This document shows positions 45,001 through 55,754 of a stretch of DNA of 64,000 nucleotides, piece by piece. Source of the DNA: Macrostomum lignano (taxonomy: Eukaryota); assembly GCA_002269645.1 (NCBI GenBank), contig NIVC01001685.1, positions 157,198 through 221,197 on the forward strand. Direction: 5' to 3'. The stretch's first letter is position 1; every line of letters begins with the position of its first letter. The notes under the pieces are model-generated. The model made no database searches and had not been told where the DNA came from. It saw only the letters and a program-made list of their open reading frames with translations. A program made the position numbers and the translations under genes.

Positions 45001-48000
45001 CGAGAGTTACAGAGATGAGACACGGAGAGTTACAGAGATGAGACACGGGAGAGTTAGAGATGAGACACGGGAGAGTTACAGAGATGAGACACGGGAGAGT
45101 TACAGAGATGAGACACGGGAGTTGTAGAGATGAGACACGGGAGAGTTACAGAGATGAGACACGGAGAGTTACAGAGATGAGACACTGGAGAGTTGCAGAG
45201 ATGAGACACGGGACAGTTGTAGAGATGAGACACGGGAGTTACAGAGATGAGACACTGGAGAGTTACAGAGATGAGACACTGGAGAGTTGCAGAGATGAGA
45301 CACGGGAGAGTTAGAGATGAGACACGGGAGAGTTACAGAGATGAGACACGGAGAGTTAGAGATGAGACACGGGAGTTGTAGAGATGAGACACGGGACAGT
45401 TGTAGAGATGAGACACGGGAGAGTTATAGAGATGAGACACGGGAGAGTTGTAGAGATGAGACACGGGACAGTTGTAGAGATGAGACACGGTCCGAGAGTT
45501 ACAGAGATGAGACACGGAGAGTTACAGAGATGAGACACTGGAGAGTTAGAGATGAGACACGGGAGAGTTACAGAGATGAGACACGGGAGAGTTACAGAGA
45601 TGAGACACGGGAGAGTTAGAGATGAGACACGGGAGAGTTAGAGATGAGACACGGAGAGTTACAGAGATGAGACACTGGAGAGTTACAGAGATGAGACACT
45701 GGAGAGTTACAGAGATGAGACACGGAGAGTTACAGAGATGAGACACGGGAGAGTTACAGAGATGAGACACGGGAGAGTTACAGAGATGAGACACGGAGAG
45801 TTAGAGATGAGACACGGAGAGTTACAGAGATGAGACACGGAGAGTTACAGAGATGAGACACTGGAGAGTTACAGAGATGAGACACTGGAGAGTTAGAGAT
45901 GAGACACGGGAGAGTTGCAGAGATGAGACACGGGACAGTTACAGAGATGAGACACGGAGAGTTACAGAGATGAGACACTGGAGAGTTGCAGAGATGAGAC
46001 ACGGAGAGTTACAGAGATGAGACACGGGAGAGTTACAGAATGAGACACGGGACAGTTGTAGAGATGAGACACGGGACAGTTGTAGAGATGAGACACGGGA
46101 CAGTTGTAGAGATGAGACACGGGAGAGTTACAGAGATGAGACACTGGAGAGTTACAGAGATGAGACACGGGAGAGTTACAGAGATGAGACACGGGAGAGT
46201 TAGATGAGACACGGGAGAGTTGTAGAGATGAGACACGGGAGAGTTACAGAGATGAGACACGGAGAGTTACAGAGATGAGACACGGAGAGTTACAGAGATG
46301 AGACACGGGAGAGTTACAGAGATGAGACACGGGAGAGTTATAGATGAGACACGGGACAGTTAGAGATGAGACACGGGAGAGTTACAGAGATGAGACACGG
46401 GAGAGTTACAGAGATGAGACACGGGAGAGTTACAGAGATGAGACACGGGACAGTTAGAGATGAGACACGGGACAGTTGTAGAGATGAGACACGGGACAGT
46501 TGTAGAGATGAGACACGGGAGAGTTACAGAGATGAGACACGGGAGAGTTACAGAGATGAGACACGGAGAGTTACAGAGATGAGACACGGGAGAGTTACAG
46601 AGATGAGACACGGAGAGTTACAGAGATGAGACACGGAAGAGTTACAGAGATGAGACACGGGAGAGTTGCAGAGATGAGACACGGGACAGTTGTAGAGATG
46701 AGACACGGGACAGTTGTAGAGATGAGACACGGGAGAGTTACAGAGATGAGACACGGGAGAGTGAGATGAGACACGGGAGTTACAGAGATGAGACACTGGA
46801 GAGTTGCAGAGATGAGACACGGGACAGTTGTAGAGATGAGACACGGTCCGAGAGTTACAGAGATGAGACACTGGAGAGTTACAGAGATGAGACACTGGAG
46901 AGTTACAGAGATGAGACACGGGACAGTTGTAGAGATGAGACACGGGACAGTTGTAGAGATGAGACACGGTCCGAGAGTTACAGAGATGAGACACTGGAGA
47001 GTTACAGAGATGAGACACTGGAGAGTTGCAGAGATGAGACACGGGAGAGTTACAGAGATGAGACACGGGAGAGTTACAGAGATGAGACACGGGAGAGTTA
47101 TAGAAATGAGACACGGGACAGTTGTAGAGATGAGACACGAGAGTTACAGAGATGAGACACGGAGAGTTGCAGAGATGAGACACTGGAGAGTTACAGAGAT
47201 GAGACACGGGACAGTTATAGAGATGAGACACGGGACAGTTGTAGAGATGAGACACGGTCCGAGAGTTACAGAGATGAGACACGGGAGAGTTACAGAGATG
47301 AGACACGGAGAGTTACAGAGATGAGACACGGGAGAGTTACAGAGATGAGACACGGAGAGTTACAGAGATGAGACACGGAGAGTTGCAGAGATGAGACACG
47401 GGACAGTTGTAGAGATGAGACACTGGAGAGTTACAGAGATGAGACACTGGAGAGTTACAGAGATGAGACACTGGAGAGTTACAGAGATGAGACACGGGAC
47501 AGTTGTAGAGATGAGACACGGGACAGTTGTAGAGATGAGACACGGTCCGAGAGTTACAGAGATGAGACACTGGAGAGTTACAGAGATGAGACACTGGAGA
47601 GTTGCAGAGATGAGACACTGGAGAGTTACAGAGATGAGACACGGGAGAGTTACAGAGATGAGACACGGGAGAGTTATAGAAATGAGACACGGGACAGTTG
47701 TAGAGATGATACACGGTCCGAGAGTTACAGAGATGAGACACTGGAGAGTTACAGAGATGAGACACGGGAGAGTTATAGTGATGAGACACGGTCCGAGAGT
47801 TACAGAGATGAGACACTGGAGAGTTACAGAGATGAGACACGGGACAGTTATAGAGATGAGACACTGGAGAGTTACAGAGATGAGACACGGGAGAGTAACA
47901 GAGATGAGACACGGGACAGTTGTAGAGATGAGACACGGGAGAGTTGCAGAGATGAGACACGGGAGAGTTACAGAGATGAGACACGGGAGAGTTATAGAAA

Positions 48001-51000
48001 TGAGACACGGGACAGTTGTAGAGATGAGACACGGGACAGTTGTAGAGATGAGACACGGGAGAGTTGCAGAGATGAGACACGGGAGAGTTGCAGAGATGAG
48101 ACACGGGAGAGTTACAGAGATGAGACACGGGAGAGTTACAGAGATGAGACACGGGAGAGTTGCAGAGATGAGACACGGGAGAGTTACAGAGATGAGACAC
48201 GGGAGAGTTACAGAATGAGACACGGGACAGTTGTAGAGATGAGACACGGGAGTTACAGAGATGAGACACTGGAGAGTTACAGAGATGAGACACTGGAGAG
48301 TTACAGAGATGAGACACTGGAGAGTTACAGAGATGAGACACGGGAGAGTTACAGAGATGAGACACGGGAGAGTTACAGAGATGAGACACGGGAGAGTTAC
48401 AGAGATGAGACACGGGAGAGTTACAGAGATGAGACACGGGAGTTACAGAGATGAGACACGGGAGAGTTACAGAGATGAGACACGGGAGAGTTACAGAGAT
48501 GAGACACGGGAGAGTTACAGAGATGAGACACGGGAGAGTTACAGAGATGAGACACGGGAGAGTTACAGAGATGAGACACGGAGACAGAGATGAGACACTG
48601 GAGAGTTACAGAGATGAGACACGGAGAGTTACAGAGATGAGACACGGAGAGTTACAGAGATGAGACACGGAGAGTTACAGAGATGAGACACGGGAGAGTT
48701 ACAGAGATGAGACACGGGAGAGTTACAGAGATGAGACACGGGAGAGTTAGAGATGAGACACGGGAGAGTTAGAGATGAGACACGGGAGAGTTACAGAGAT
48801 GAGACACGGAGAGTTACAGAGATGAGACACTGGAGAGTTAGAGATGAGACACGGAGAGTTACAGAGATGAGACACGGAGAGTTACAGAGATGAGACACTG
48901 GAGAGTTACAGAGACAGAGATGAGACACTGGAGAGTTACAGAGATGAGACACGGAGAGTTACAGAGATGAGACACGGGAGAGTTAAAGAAATGAGACACG
49001 GGACAGTTGTAGAGATGAGACACGGGACAGTTGTAGAGATGAGACACGGGACAGTTGTAGAGATGAGACACGGGAGAGTTATAGAGATGAGACACGGGAG
49101 AGTTGTAGAGATGAGACACGGGACAGTTGTAGAGATGAGACACGGAGAGTTACAGAGATGAGACACTGGAGAGTTACAGAGATGAGACACTGGAGAGTTG
49201 CAGAGATGAGACACGGGAGAGTTACAGAGATGAGACACGGGAGAGTTATAGAAATGAGACACGGGACAGTTGTAGAGATGAGACACGGTCCGAGAGTTAC
49301 AGAGATGAGACACTGGAGAGTTGCAGAGATGAGACACTGGAGAGTTACAGAGATGAGACACTGGACAGTTGTAGAGATGAGACACGGGAGAGTTACAGAG
49401 ATGAGACACGGGAGAGTTACAGAGATGAGACACGGGAGAGTTATAGAAATGAGACACGGGACAGTTGTAGAGATGAGACACGGTCCGAGAGTTACAGAGA
49501 TGAGACACTGGAGAGTTACAGAGATGAGACACTGGAGAGTTACAGAGATGAGACACTGGAGAGTTGCAGAGATGAGACACGGGACAGTTGTAGAGATGAG
49601 ACACGGTCCGAGAGTTACAGAGATGAGACACTGGAGAGTTACAGAGATGAGACACTGGAGAGTTGCAGAGATGAGACACGGGAGAGTTACAGAGATGAGA
49701 CACGGGAGAGTTATAGAAATGAGACACGGGACAGTTGTAGAGATGAGACACGGGACAGTTGTAGAGATGAGACACGGGACAGTTGTAGAGATGAGACACG
49801 GTCCGAGAGTTACAGAGATGAGACACTGGAGAGTTACAAAGATGAGACACGGGAGAGTTACAGAGATGAGACACGGGAGAGTTATAGAAATGAGACACGG
49901 GACAGTTGTAGAGATGAGACACGGTCCGAGAGTTACAGAGATGAGACACTGGAGAGTTGCAGAGATGAGACACGGGAGAGTTACAGAGATGAGACACGGG
50001 AGAGTTACAGAGATGAGACACGGGAGAGTTATAGAAATGAGACACGGGACAGTTGTAGAGATGAGACACGGTCCGAGAGTTACAGAGATGAGACACGGGA
50101 GAGTTACAGAGATGAGACACTGGAGAGTTACAGAGATGAGACACGGGACAGTTGTAGAGATGAGACACGGGACAGTTGTAGAGATGAGACACGGGACAGT
50201 TGTAGAGATGAGACACGGTCCGAGAGTTACAGAGATGAGACACGGGAGAGTTACAGAGATGAGACACGGGAGAGTTACAGAGATGAGACACGGGAGAGTT
50301 ACAGAGATGAGACACTGGAGAGTTCCAGAGATGAGACACGGGACAGTTATAGAGATGAGACACGGGAGAGTTGCAGAGATGAGACACGGGACAGTTGTAG
50401 AGATGAGACACGGGACAGTTGTAGAGATGAGACACGGGAGAGTTACAGAGATGAGACACTGGAGAGTTACAGAGATGAGACACTGGAGAGTTGCAGAGAT
50501 GAGACACGGGACAGTTGTAGAGATGAGACACGGTCCGAGAGTTACAGAGATGAGACACTGGAGAGTTACAGAGATGAGACACTGGAGAGTTACAGAGATG
50601 AGACACGGGACAGTTGTAGAGATGAGACACGGGACAGTTGTAGAGATGAGACACGGTCCGAGAGTTACAGAGATGAGACACTGGAGAGTTACAGAGATGA
50701 GACACTGGAGAGTTGCAGAGATGAGACACTGGAGAGTTACAGAGATGAGACACGGGAGAGTTACAGAGATGAGACACGGGAGAGTTATAGAAATGAGACA
50801 CGGGACAGTTGTAGAGATGATACACGGTCCGAGAGTTACAGAGATGAGACACGGGAGAGTTGCAGAGATGAGACACTGGAGAGTTACAGAGATGAGACAC
50901 GGGACAGTTGTAGAGATGAGACACGGGACAGTTGTAGAGATGAGACACGGTCCGAGAGTTACAGAGATGAGACACGGGAGAGTTACAGAGATGAGACACG

Positions 51001-51875
51001 GGAGAGTTGCAGAGATGAGACACGGGAGAGTTACAGAGATGAGACACTGGAGAGTTACAGAGATGAGACACGGGACAGTTATAGAGATGAGACACGGGAG
51101 AGTTGCAGAGATGAGACACGGGAGAGTTGTAGAGATGAGACACGGGACAGTTGTAGAGATGAGACACGGGAGAGTTGCAGAGATGAGACACTGGAGAGTT
51201 ACAGAGATGAGACACGGGAGAGTTGCAGAGATGAGACACTGGAGAGTTGCAGAGATGAGACACGGGACAGTTGTAGAGATGAGACACGGTCCGAGAGTTA
51301 CAGAGATGAGACACGGGAGAGTTACAGAGATGAGACACTGGAGAGTTACAGAGATGAGACACGGGAGAGTTACAGAGATGAGACACTGGAGAGTTACAGA
51401 GATGAGACACGGGACAGTTATAGAGATGAGACACGGGAGAGTTGCAGAGATGAGACACGGGAGAGTTGTAGAGATGAGACACGGGACAGTTGTAGAGATG
51501 AGACACGGGAGAGTTGCAGAGATGAGACACTGGAGAGTTACAGAGATGAGACACGGGAGAGTTGCAGAGATGAGACACTGGAGAGTTGCAGAGATGAGAC
51601 ACGGGACAGTTGTAGAGATGAGACACGGTCCGAGAGTTACAGAGATGAGACACGGGAGAGTTACAGAGATGAGACACTGGAGAGTTGCAGAGATGAGACA
51701 CGGGACAGTTGTAGAGATGAGACACGGTCCGAGAGTTACAGAGATGAGACACGGGAGAGTTGCAGAGGTGAACACGGGAGAGTTATAGAGATGAGACACG
51801 GGACAGTTGTAGAGATGAGACACGGTCCGAGAGTTACAGAGATGAGACACTGGAGAGTTACAGAGATGAGTTACA
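1..51875. repeat. Satellite DNA array, consensus 24-bp monomer GAGATGAGACACGGGAGAGTTACA with 23-bp (GG), 22-bp (GGGAGTTACA or GTTA-GAG) and 27-bp (GGTCCGAG) variants; about 2,200 head-to-tail copies, open at the left window edge
   Basis: Directly visible tandem repeat in one orientation with no unique interruption. Monomer is 18/24 purine on the + strand and 50% GC. Ends sharply at ...GAGATGAGTTACA|AAGACGCTTC (~51875). Confidence 0.99.
44995..51875. repeat. Variant-rich terminal subdomain of the satellite with higher-order organisation
   Basis: The GGTC(C)GAG variant first appears at ~44998/45489. CTGG, GGGACAGTTGTA, GTTGCA and GTTATAGAAATG variants become dominant. A 14-monomer block repeats with a 339-bp period (marker GGGACAGTTATA at 51072 and 51411). 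Confidence 0.8.
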
Positions 51876-52249
51876 AAGACGCTTCAGTCGGTATCACACA
51901 GATAAAGATAGGAAAAATGAATTATGAAAGAAAATTATATAAGTGTGAACTATTTTCTATAGTATAATTAGAATCACTAGATGCACTGTATCATGAGGTA
52001 TCATTGTCGCTCTAGGCAATATTTAGTTAGCCTCGCCTCTGCTCGCTACTGAGGTCTGATTTGAGGGTAGGAAATAGGAATGCTCGCCGACCTGGAAGCT
52101 AATCGAATAGGGCGGCTTAAAATAGAATTCGGAATCGACATGAAGATGGACGGAGGTTCACTTTTTGCCTGAAAATCAAGCTGTTTCTATTTTTAGCTAC
52201 TCTTTGTATGCGCGAATGACCTTAGAGTTAATGGAATCGCAATTAAATA

Positions 52250-52345
52250 GCCATTGGATGGGAAATGTCACGTGATAACTGGCCCGTCCAATGGCGAATA
52301 CTTGCTTGAGATGTGATGAAATGCGCTTCCTTCTGATTGGCTGCC
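52250..52345. promoter_or_regulatory. Promoter-like cluster: three CCAAT/ATTGG boxes and a TCACGTGA E-box
   Basis: ATTGG at 52253, TCACGTGA at 52268-52275, CCAAT at 52288, CTGATTGGCTG around 52333-52343. Motif match only; no transcription data. Confidence 0.35.
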
Positions 52346-52374
52346 AGCTAATGGCTAATGGTTCTTATCTGTTC

Positions 52375-52473
52375 CAAAGACTACTCAAGTTCAAGTAGGA
52401 CGAAAAACTGCGTTTCTTGGAAAATTTTAGGAAGCAGGTTTTACTGAAAAAGAATATACTTGAGTAGTCCTTG
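52375..52473. mobile_element. 99-bp MITE-like element with 16-bp terminal inverted repeats
   Basis: CAAAGACTACTCAAGT (52375-52390) and ACTTGAGTAGTCCTTG (52458-52473) are 15/16 complementary. A related partial copy lies at 55436-55503. No target-site duplication seen. Confidence 0.5.
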
Positions 52474-53114
52474 ATCTCTTCATTATTCTGGGTTATAAAA
52501 TAGAATTAGCAAGTTTTACAGTCGCAACCGCAAGTTGTCAAAACTAACTGACGGCTTTTCAGCAAACAAAAATGAGTCGCAGGAAGCAGAAAGTGCATAA
52601 TTTGTGCCCTCCCTAAAACTGCTATTCCGACTGGCAAACGTTTTAGGCTAATATCACAGCGCTATAAATGTCGAACGTCAGAAAGCTTCTCTGCAGAGTT
52701 GATCCCCATCTCGCCGATATATTCCCAACCAACCGGGCCTGCCCTGGCCTTTTCTATAATCCCCCTCCGCTTTTTAGGGATTTGGGAGCAGGATTTTATG
52801 GCTCAGCGATCAGCTGCATGCACCAGTTTTTTTTCCTCTGGGATAGCTATCGCGGAAACAGGGAATTATCAATGCGAGCTCTTGCTGAGGGGGGATCGCA
52901 GAATGCAAATGCAAACTAAAGGATTTACGACGCATTTAATCGAAAAAAGAGCTTTTAGACTGCAGCAGCTGGTTAAACGCTTCCTTGCAAGCAGCTGCAT
53001 TTCTGGAAACGAGAAACTAATTGAATATGCACTTATATAGTGCTACTATTTATACGCCCAATAAAAACTAAAATGCGACTAAATATTCTCTTTTAAATCA
53101 CCCTTTCATTTCAG

Positions 53115-53142
53115 CCGTCTGATGCAAAAAATCTAAAACAAG
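53115..53142 (+). CDS. Candidate 28-nt micro-exon upstream of the syndecan terminal exon (PSDAKNLKQ+G, or 5' UTR)
   Basis: Flanked by TTTCATTTCAG| and AAG|GTAATT. Ends in phase 1, matching the phase-1 start of the exon at 53789. Confidence 0.35.
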
Positions 53143-53249
53143 GTAATTTAATTCGACTGCTTTTAAATCAATTCAAAAAGAGTACATGTAGCTGCATGAG
53201 ACAATCTTGTATTTTTTCTTAATCGCCTTCTCTCGGCAGCGGTCCCATT

Positions 53250-53770
53250 TACAACAACCTCACTCCGCCTTTTACAGCCACTTCACTCCCTATTGCCACT
53301 TAAAAAACCAGTCCTAAAACCGCGTGATTGTGTTCAACTCAACTTAACAGCCACCCCGCTCCGTCAGAACTTCTGTCCAATAAGAATAAGACTTCTATTT
53401 ACCCCAATTAAACAGCCACCTCACTCCCTCACGGTCACTTTAAAGTTAAACCCCAACAGTCCTTTAAATCGCCTCGCTCCAGCGTTATCAAAATATCAAC
53501 CCTAAACTTTCCCACTCCTCCTGAATGCTCACTGTCTGAAATGAGCTTTTATCACAATCAATTAAACACCCACCTCACTCCCCAAAGCCAGCCGCTGAAA
53601 TCGTCAATTCTCTTATCACACCCAGACTATACCGCCAGCCCGCTGAATCTGGTTTATTGTCCTGACCACTCTAAACGTCGATTCCAATAAAAGAATGACT
53701 TTATTACTACTGCCTCACACTATCTAATATCCCATCCTCTCAAAAAGAAATTTTACATCTACCTCACTCT
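53250..53770. repeat. Degenerate C-rich repeat (motif ACAGCCACCTCACTCCC) in the putative syndecan intron
   Basis: Related CCACCTCACTCC-like motifs at about 53255, 53280, 53348, 53413, 53568 and 53760; spacing irregular, often about 65 bp. Confidence 0.35.
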
Positions 53771-53788
53771 CTCCAACCCTACTTGCAG

Positions 53789-54042
53789 GCATGTCCGACA
53801 CAACGCCAAGTGCTGAGAGTTCAGTTAGCGGCTCTGGCGGTTTCGCCCCAACGCCAGCCATTCTTGGCGCCATAGTCGGCGGCGGAATCGGTGCGCTGGC
53901 GCTAATTATCCTACTAATAGTATTCTGCGTTTATCGAATTCGCAAAGCAGACGAAGGCTCCTATTCATTGGACCCGGCTAAGAAAGCCGCAGCTAACACG
54001 ATCGCCTACGAGAAGGCGCCCAGCCGGGAGTTCTACGCTTGA
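53789..54042 (+). CDS. sdc: Syndecan: juxtamembrane segment, transmembrane helix and complete cytoplasmic tail (terminal exon, or near-complete mini-protein from ATG 53791)
   Basis: TM AILGAIVGGGIGALALIILLIVFCVY with GxxxG; C1 motif YRIRKADEGSYSLD; V region AYEKAPSR; C2 PDZ-binding EFYA stop. All are hallmark syndecan motifs. Polypyrimidine tract plus TTGCAG acceptor at 53787-53788. Confidence 0.9.
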
Positions 54043-55435
54043 TTTACAAGCAAAATTAATTCGATTTTGTTGCCCCAAACAGAGTCATAATGCGTCCGCT
54101 ATGATAAATCAAACTAATAATATTACATGCGATCTCCACACAGCAGTTTCTAAACCAACTCACACGTGTAATTTAATCAGTCTTTCCAAGGATAAAGAGC
54201 AATGTAAATTTAATAACAGAGCTTAGTATCACAATTTATGACTTGATTTTGTAGTAGCAAAGTCGTCTACGAGCTGCTGTTGTCTTGTATCTGCTGCAAA
54301 CCACATGTACCGCTTTCATTATCCATGTTGATTTTTAAGTCAGCACTCAAATCTTTGATGGATCAATCGATGTACAATTCCCGGCAAATTGGTAGGCTCG
54401 CAATCTCCAGGCGTGGTAGCACCTACCAGAATTGTTTTATTTTGTAAATTTATTCCAGTCTATCATGCCTCTATGCTGCTACGATTATCAATTAAAAGTA
54501 CAATATTGAAATTTCGCTGTTTTCCATGCTGCTTTTTACACACAATATGCCCTACTTTCTACTGAATTTCAACCTTATAGTAGTCTGTTGAAAATGTTCT
54601 AAATTCAATAGTTTTTTGTGTAAAAATGATTTCGAGAACTGCACAACTTGGTGCTGCGAATGCAATGATCGATAGCAAAAAACAAATTGATTTAATTCTA
54701 ATATGCAGCTACTTACAGTAGCCATTGCTAGCAATATTTAATTAAGTAAAATTTTAACTCTAACCCTTAATATTACGCTAATCTTTCTACATGTCATTAA
54801 TTCTGCCGCGGGCGATATTTACATGTAAATGCACTATCAAGCTTTTTTGCAGCATTAAATTTGCATGTGCACCATTTATTGTACTGAAAATGTATTGAAT
54901 TCATGTATTGAAAATGCACAAATACAGGCAAAAAACAAAAAGCCTTACAAAGTATGAAAGCAAATAATTCTCACATTCGCAATATCTTACTAACAAAGTT
55001 TTGAATTAGTCGATGTAGCTTTATTTGCATATATTTAAGCTAGCAGAAAGACCGAAAGTCAATCGAAGATGATAACGCGCGTTCAAATACAAAATTACCA
55101 ATTTGGGGCTCTCATCTGGGCTCTCTACGTCGAATATCTGGTAATGCCAGACGTGGTAGGTGAACAGATACGTACAAAATTAATGAGAACGCCTTATTAA
55201 AAAGCAGATCCAATGATCCAATGATCCAAGACGTATCGGTTTTATGACTCTATTTTGTCATTCTTGGCTGACTGTGAAGCAATATGTGAAACAGAGTTGA
55301 TAAATTGCATTTTCATGATTTTCAGGTACAGGAAATGTGAATCCCAATTTCCTAAACCTTTATGAATATCAAAATATGAACATTAGGTCTGCGTCCTATG
55401 GAAAGCAATAACAATTTTTGTGCTGAAAAAATGAA

Positions 55436-55503
55436 AAAACCTGCCTGCTAAAACTTTTCCAAGAAATGCAAGGTTCTTCGTTTTTCCACTTAAGTAGTCC
55501 TTG
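55436..55503 (-). mobile_element. Partial inverted copy of the 99-bp TIR element at 52375
   Basis: AAAACCTGCCTGCTAAAACTTTTCCAAGAAATGCA...ACTTAAGTAGTCCTTG aligns by eye with the reverse complement of 52375-52445 and ends at the same GTAGTCCTTG terminus. Confidence 0.45.
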
Positions 55504-55610
55504 TGTACACCCTGTGTGAGCGTGTATGTGTGTGGTCAGTAGTCAGCGAAATGGGCAGACTGGTCAGTGGCCCGTGTGGTCTGGACTAGACTTTTGGCTA
55601 ACAATGAAAA

Positions 55611-55616
55611 TTTATT
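55611..55616 (-). promoter_or_regulatory. Candidate polyadenylation signal (AATAAA) of the DCAF5-like gene
   Basis: TTTATT on + strand, about 140 nt past the TGA stop at 55755-55757. Confidence 0.4.
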
Positions 55617-55754
55617 GGAAATATCAATAAAGAAATAAATACAGACAAGGTCAGCTACTTATGTCTCAAATGATCGGCTTTCGATAACAAAAAAACCTGT
55701 TTCTAAGAAACAAGGTGTTGCAGTGTCCTCTACTACATGTAACTATAATAAGAT

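Noticed and set aside
49158-51788. Satellite edge as the missing syndecan ectodomain exon
   Set aside because: The ORF ends in TAG, has no signal peptide or Ser-Gly/Thr-rich mucin character, and no donor site links it to 53115 or 53789.
408-51850. The many ORF-track calls ([31 protein letters not shown] repeats) as proteins
   Set aside because: The 24-bp monomer is stop-free in 4 of 6 frames. ORFs simply track runs of 24-mers and break at 22/23-mers, on both strands at once. No domain, promoter or splice support.
1-51875. CRISPR array
   Set aside because: No unique spacers between repeats, no cas genes, and the context is eukaryotic.
1-51875. Telomerase-made telomere with long variable repeats (variable G count, GTTACA core, proximal variant repeats)
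   Set aside because: Polarity is wrong: the G-rich strand runs 5' to 3' toward the unique DNA, not toward the open left end. Treated as satellite; a subtelomeric location is not excluded.
52572-52616. MSRRKQ as a NuRD-binding N-terminus of a SALL/FOG-type zinc-finger gene
   Set aside because: The unspliced frame stops after 14 codons, the KP of the motif is not at the canonical position, and no zinc-finger exons follow.
52668-53505. Short ORFs 52668..52919, 52699..53040 and 53293..53505 as genes
   Set aside because: No recognisable motifs, overlapping frames, and they fall in putative intron or UTR of the syndecan locus.
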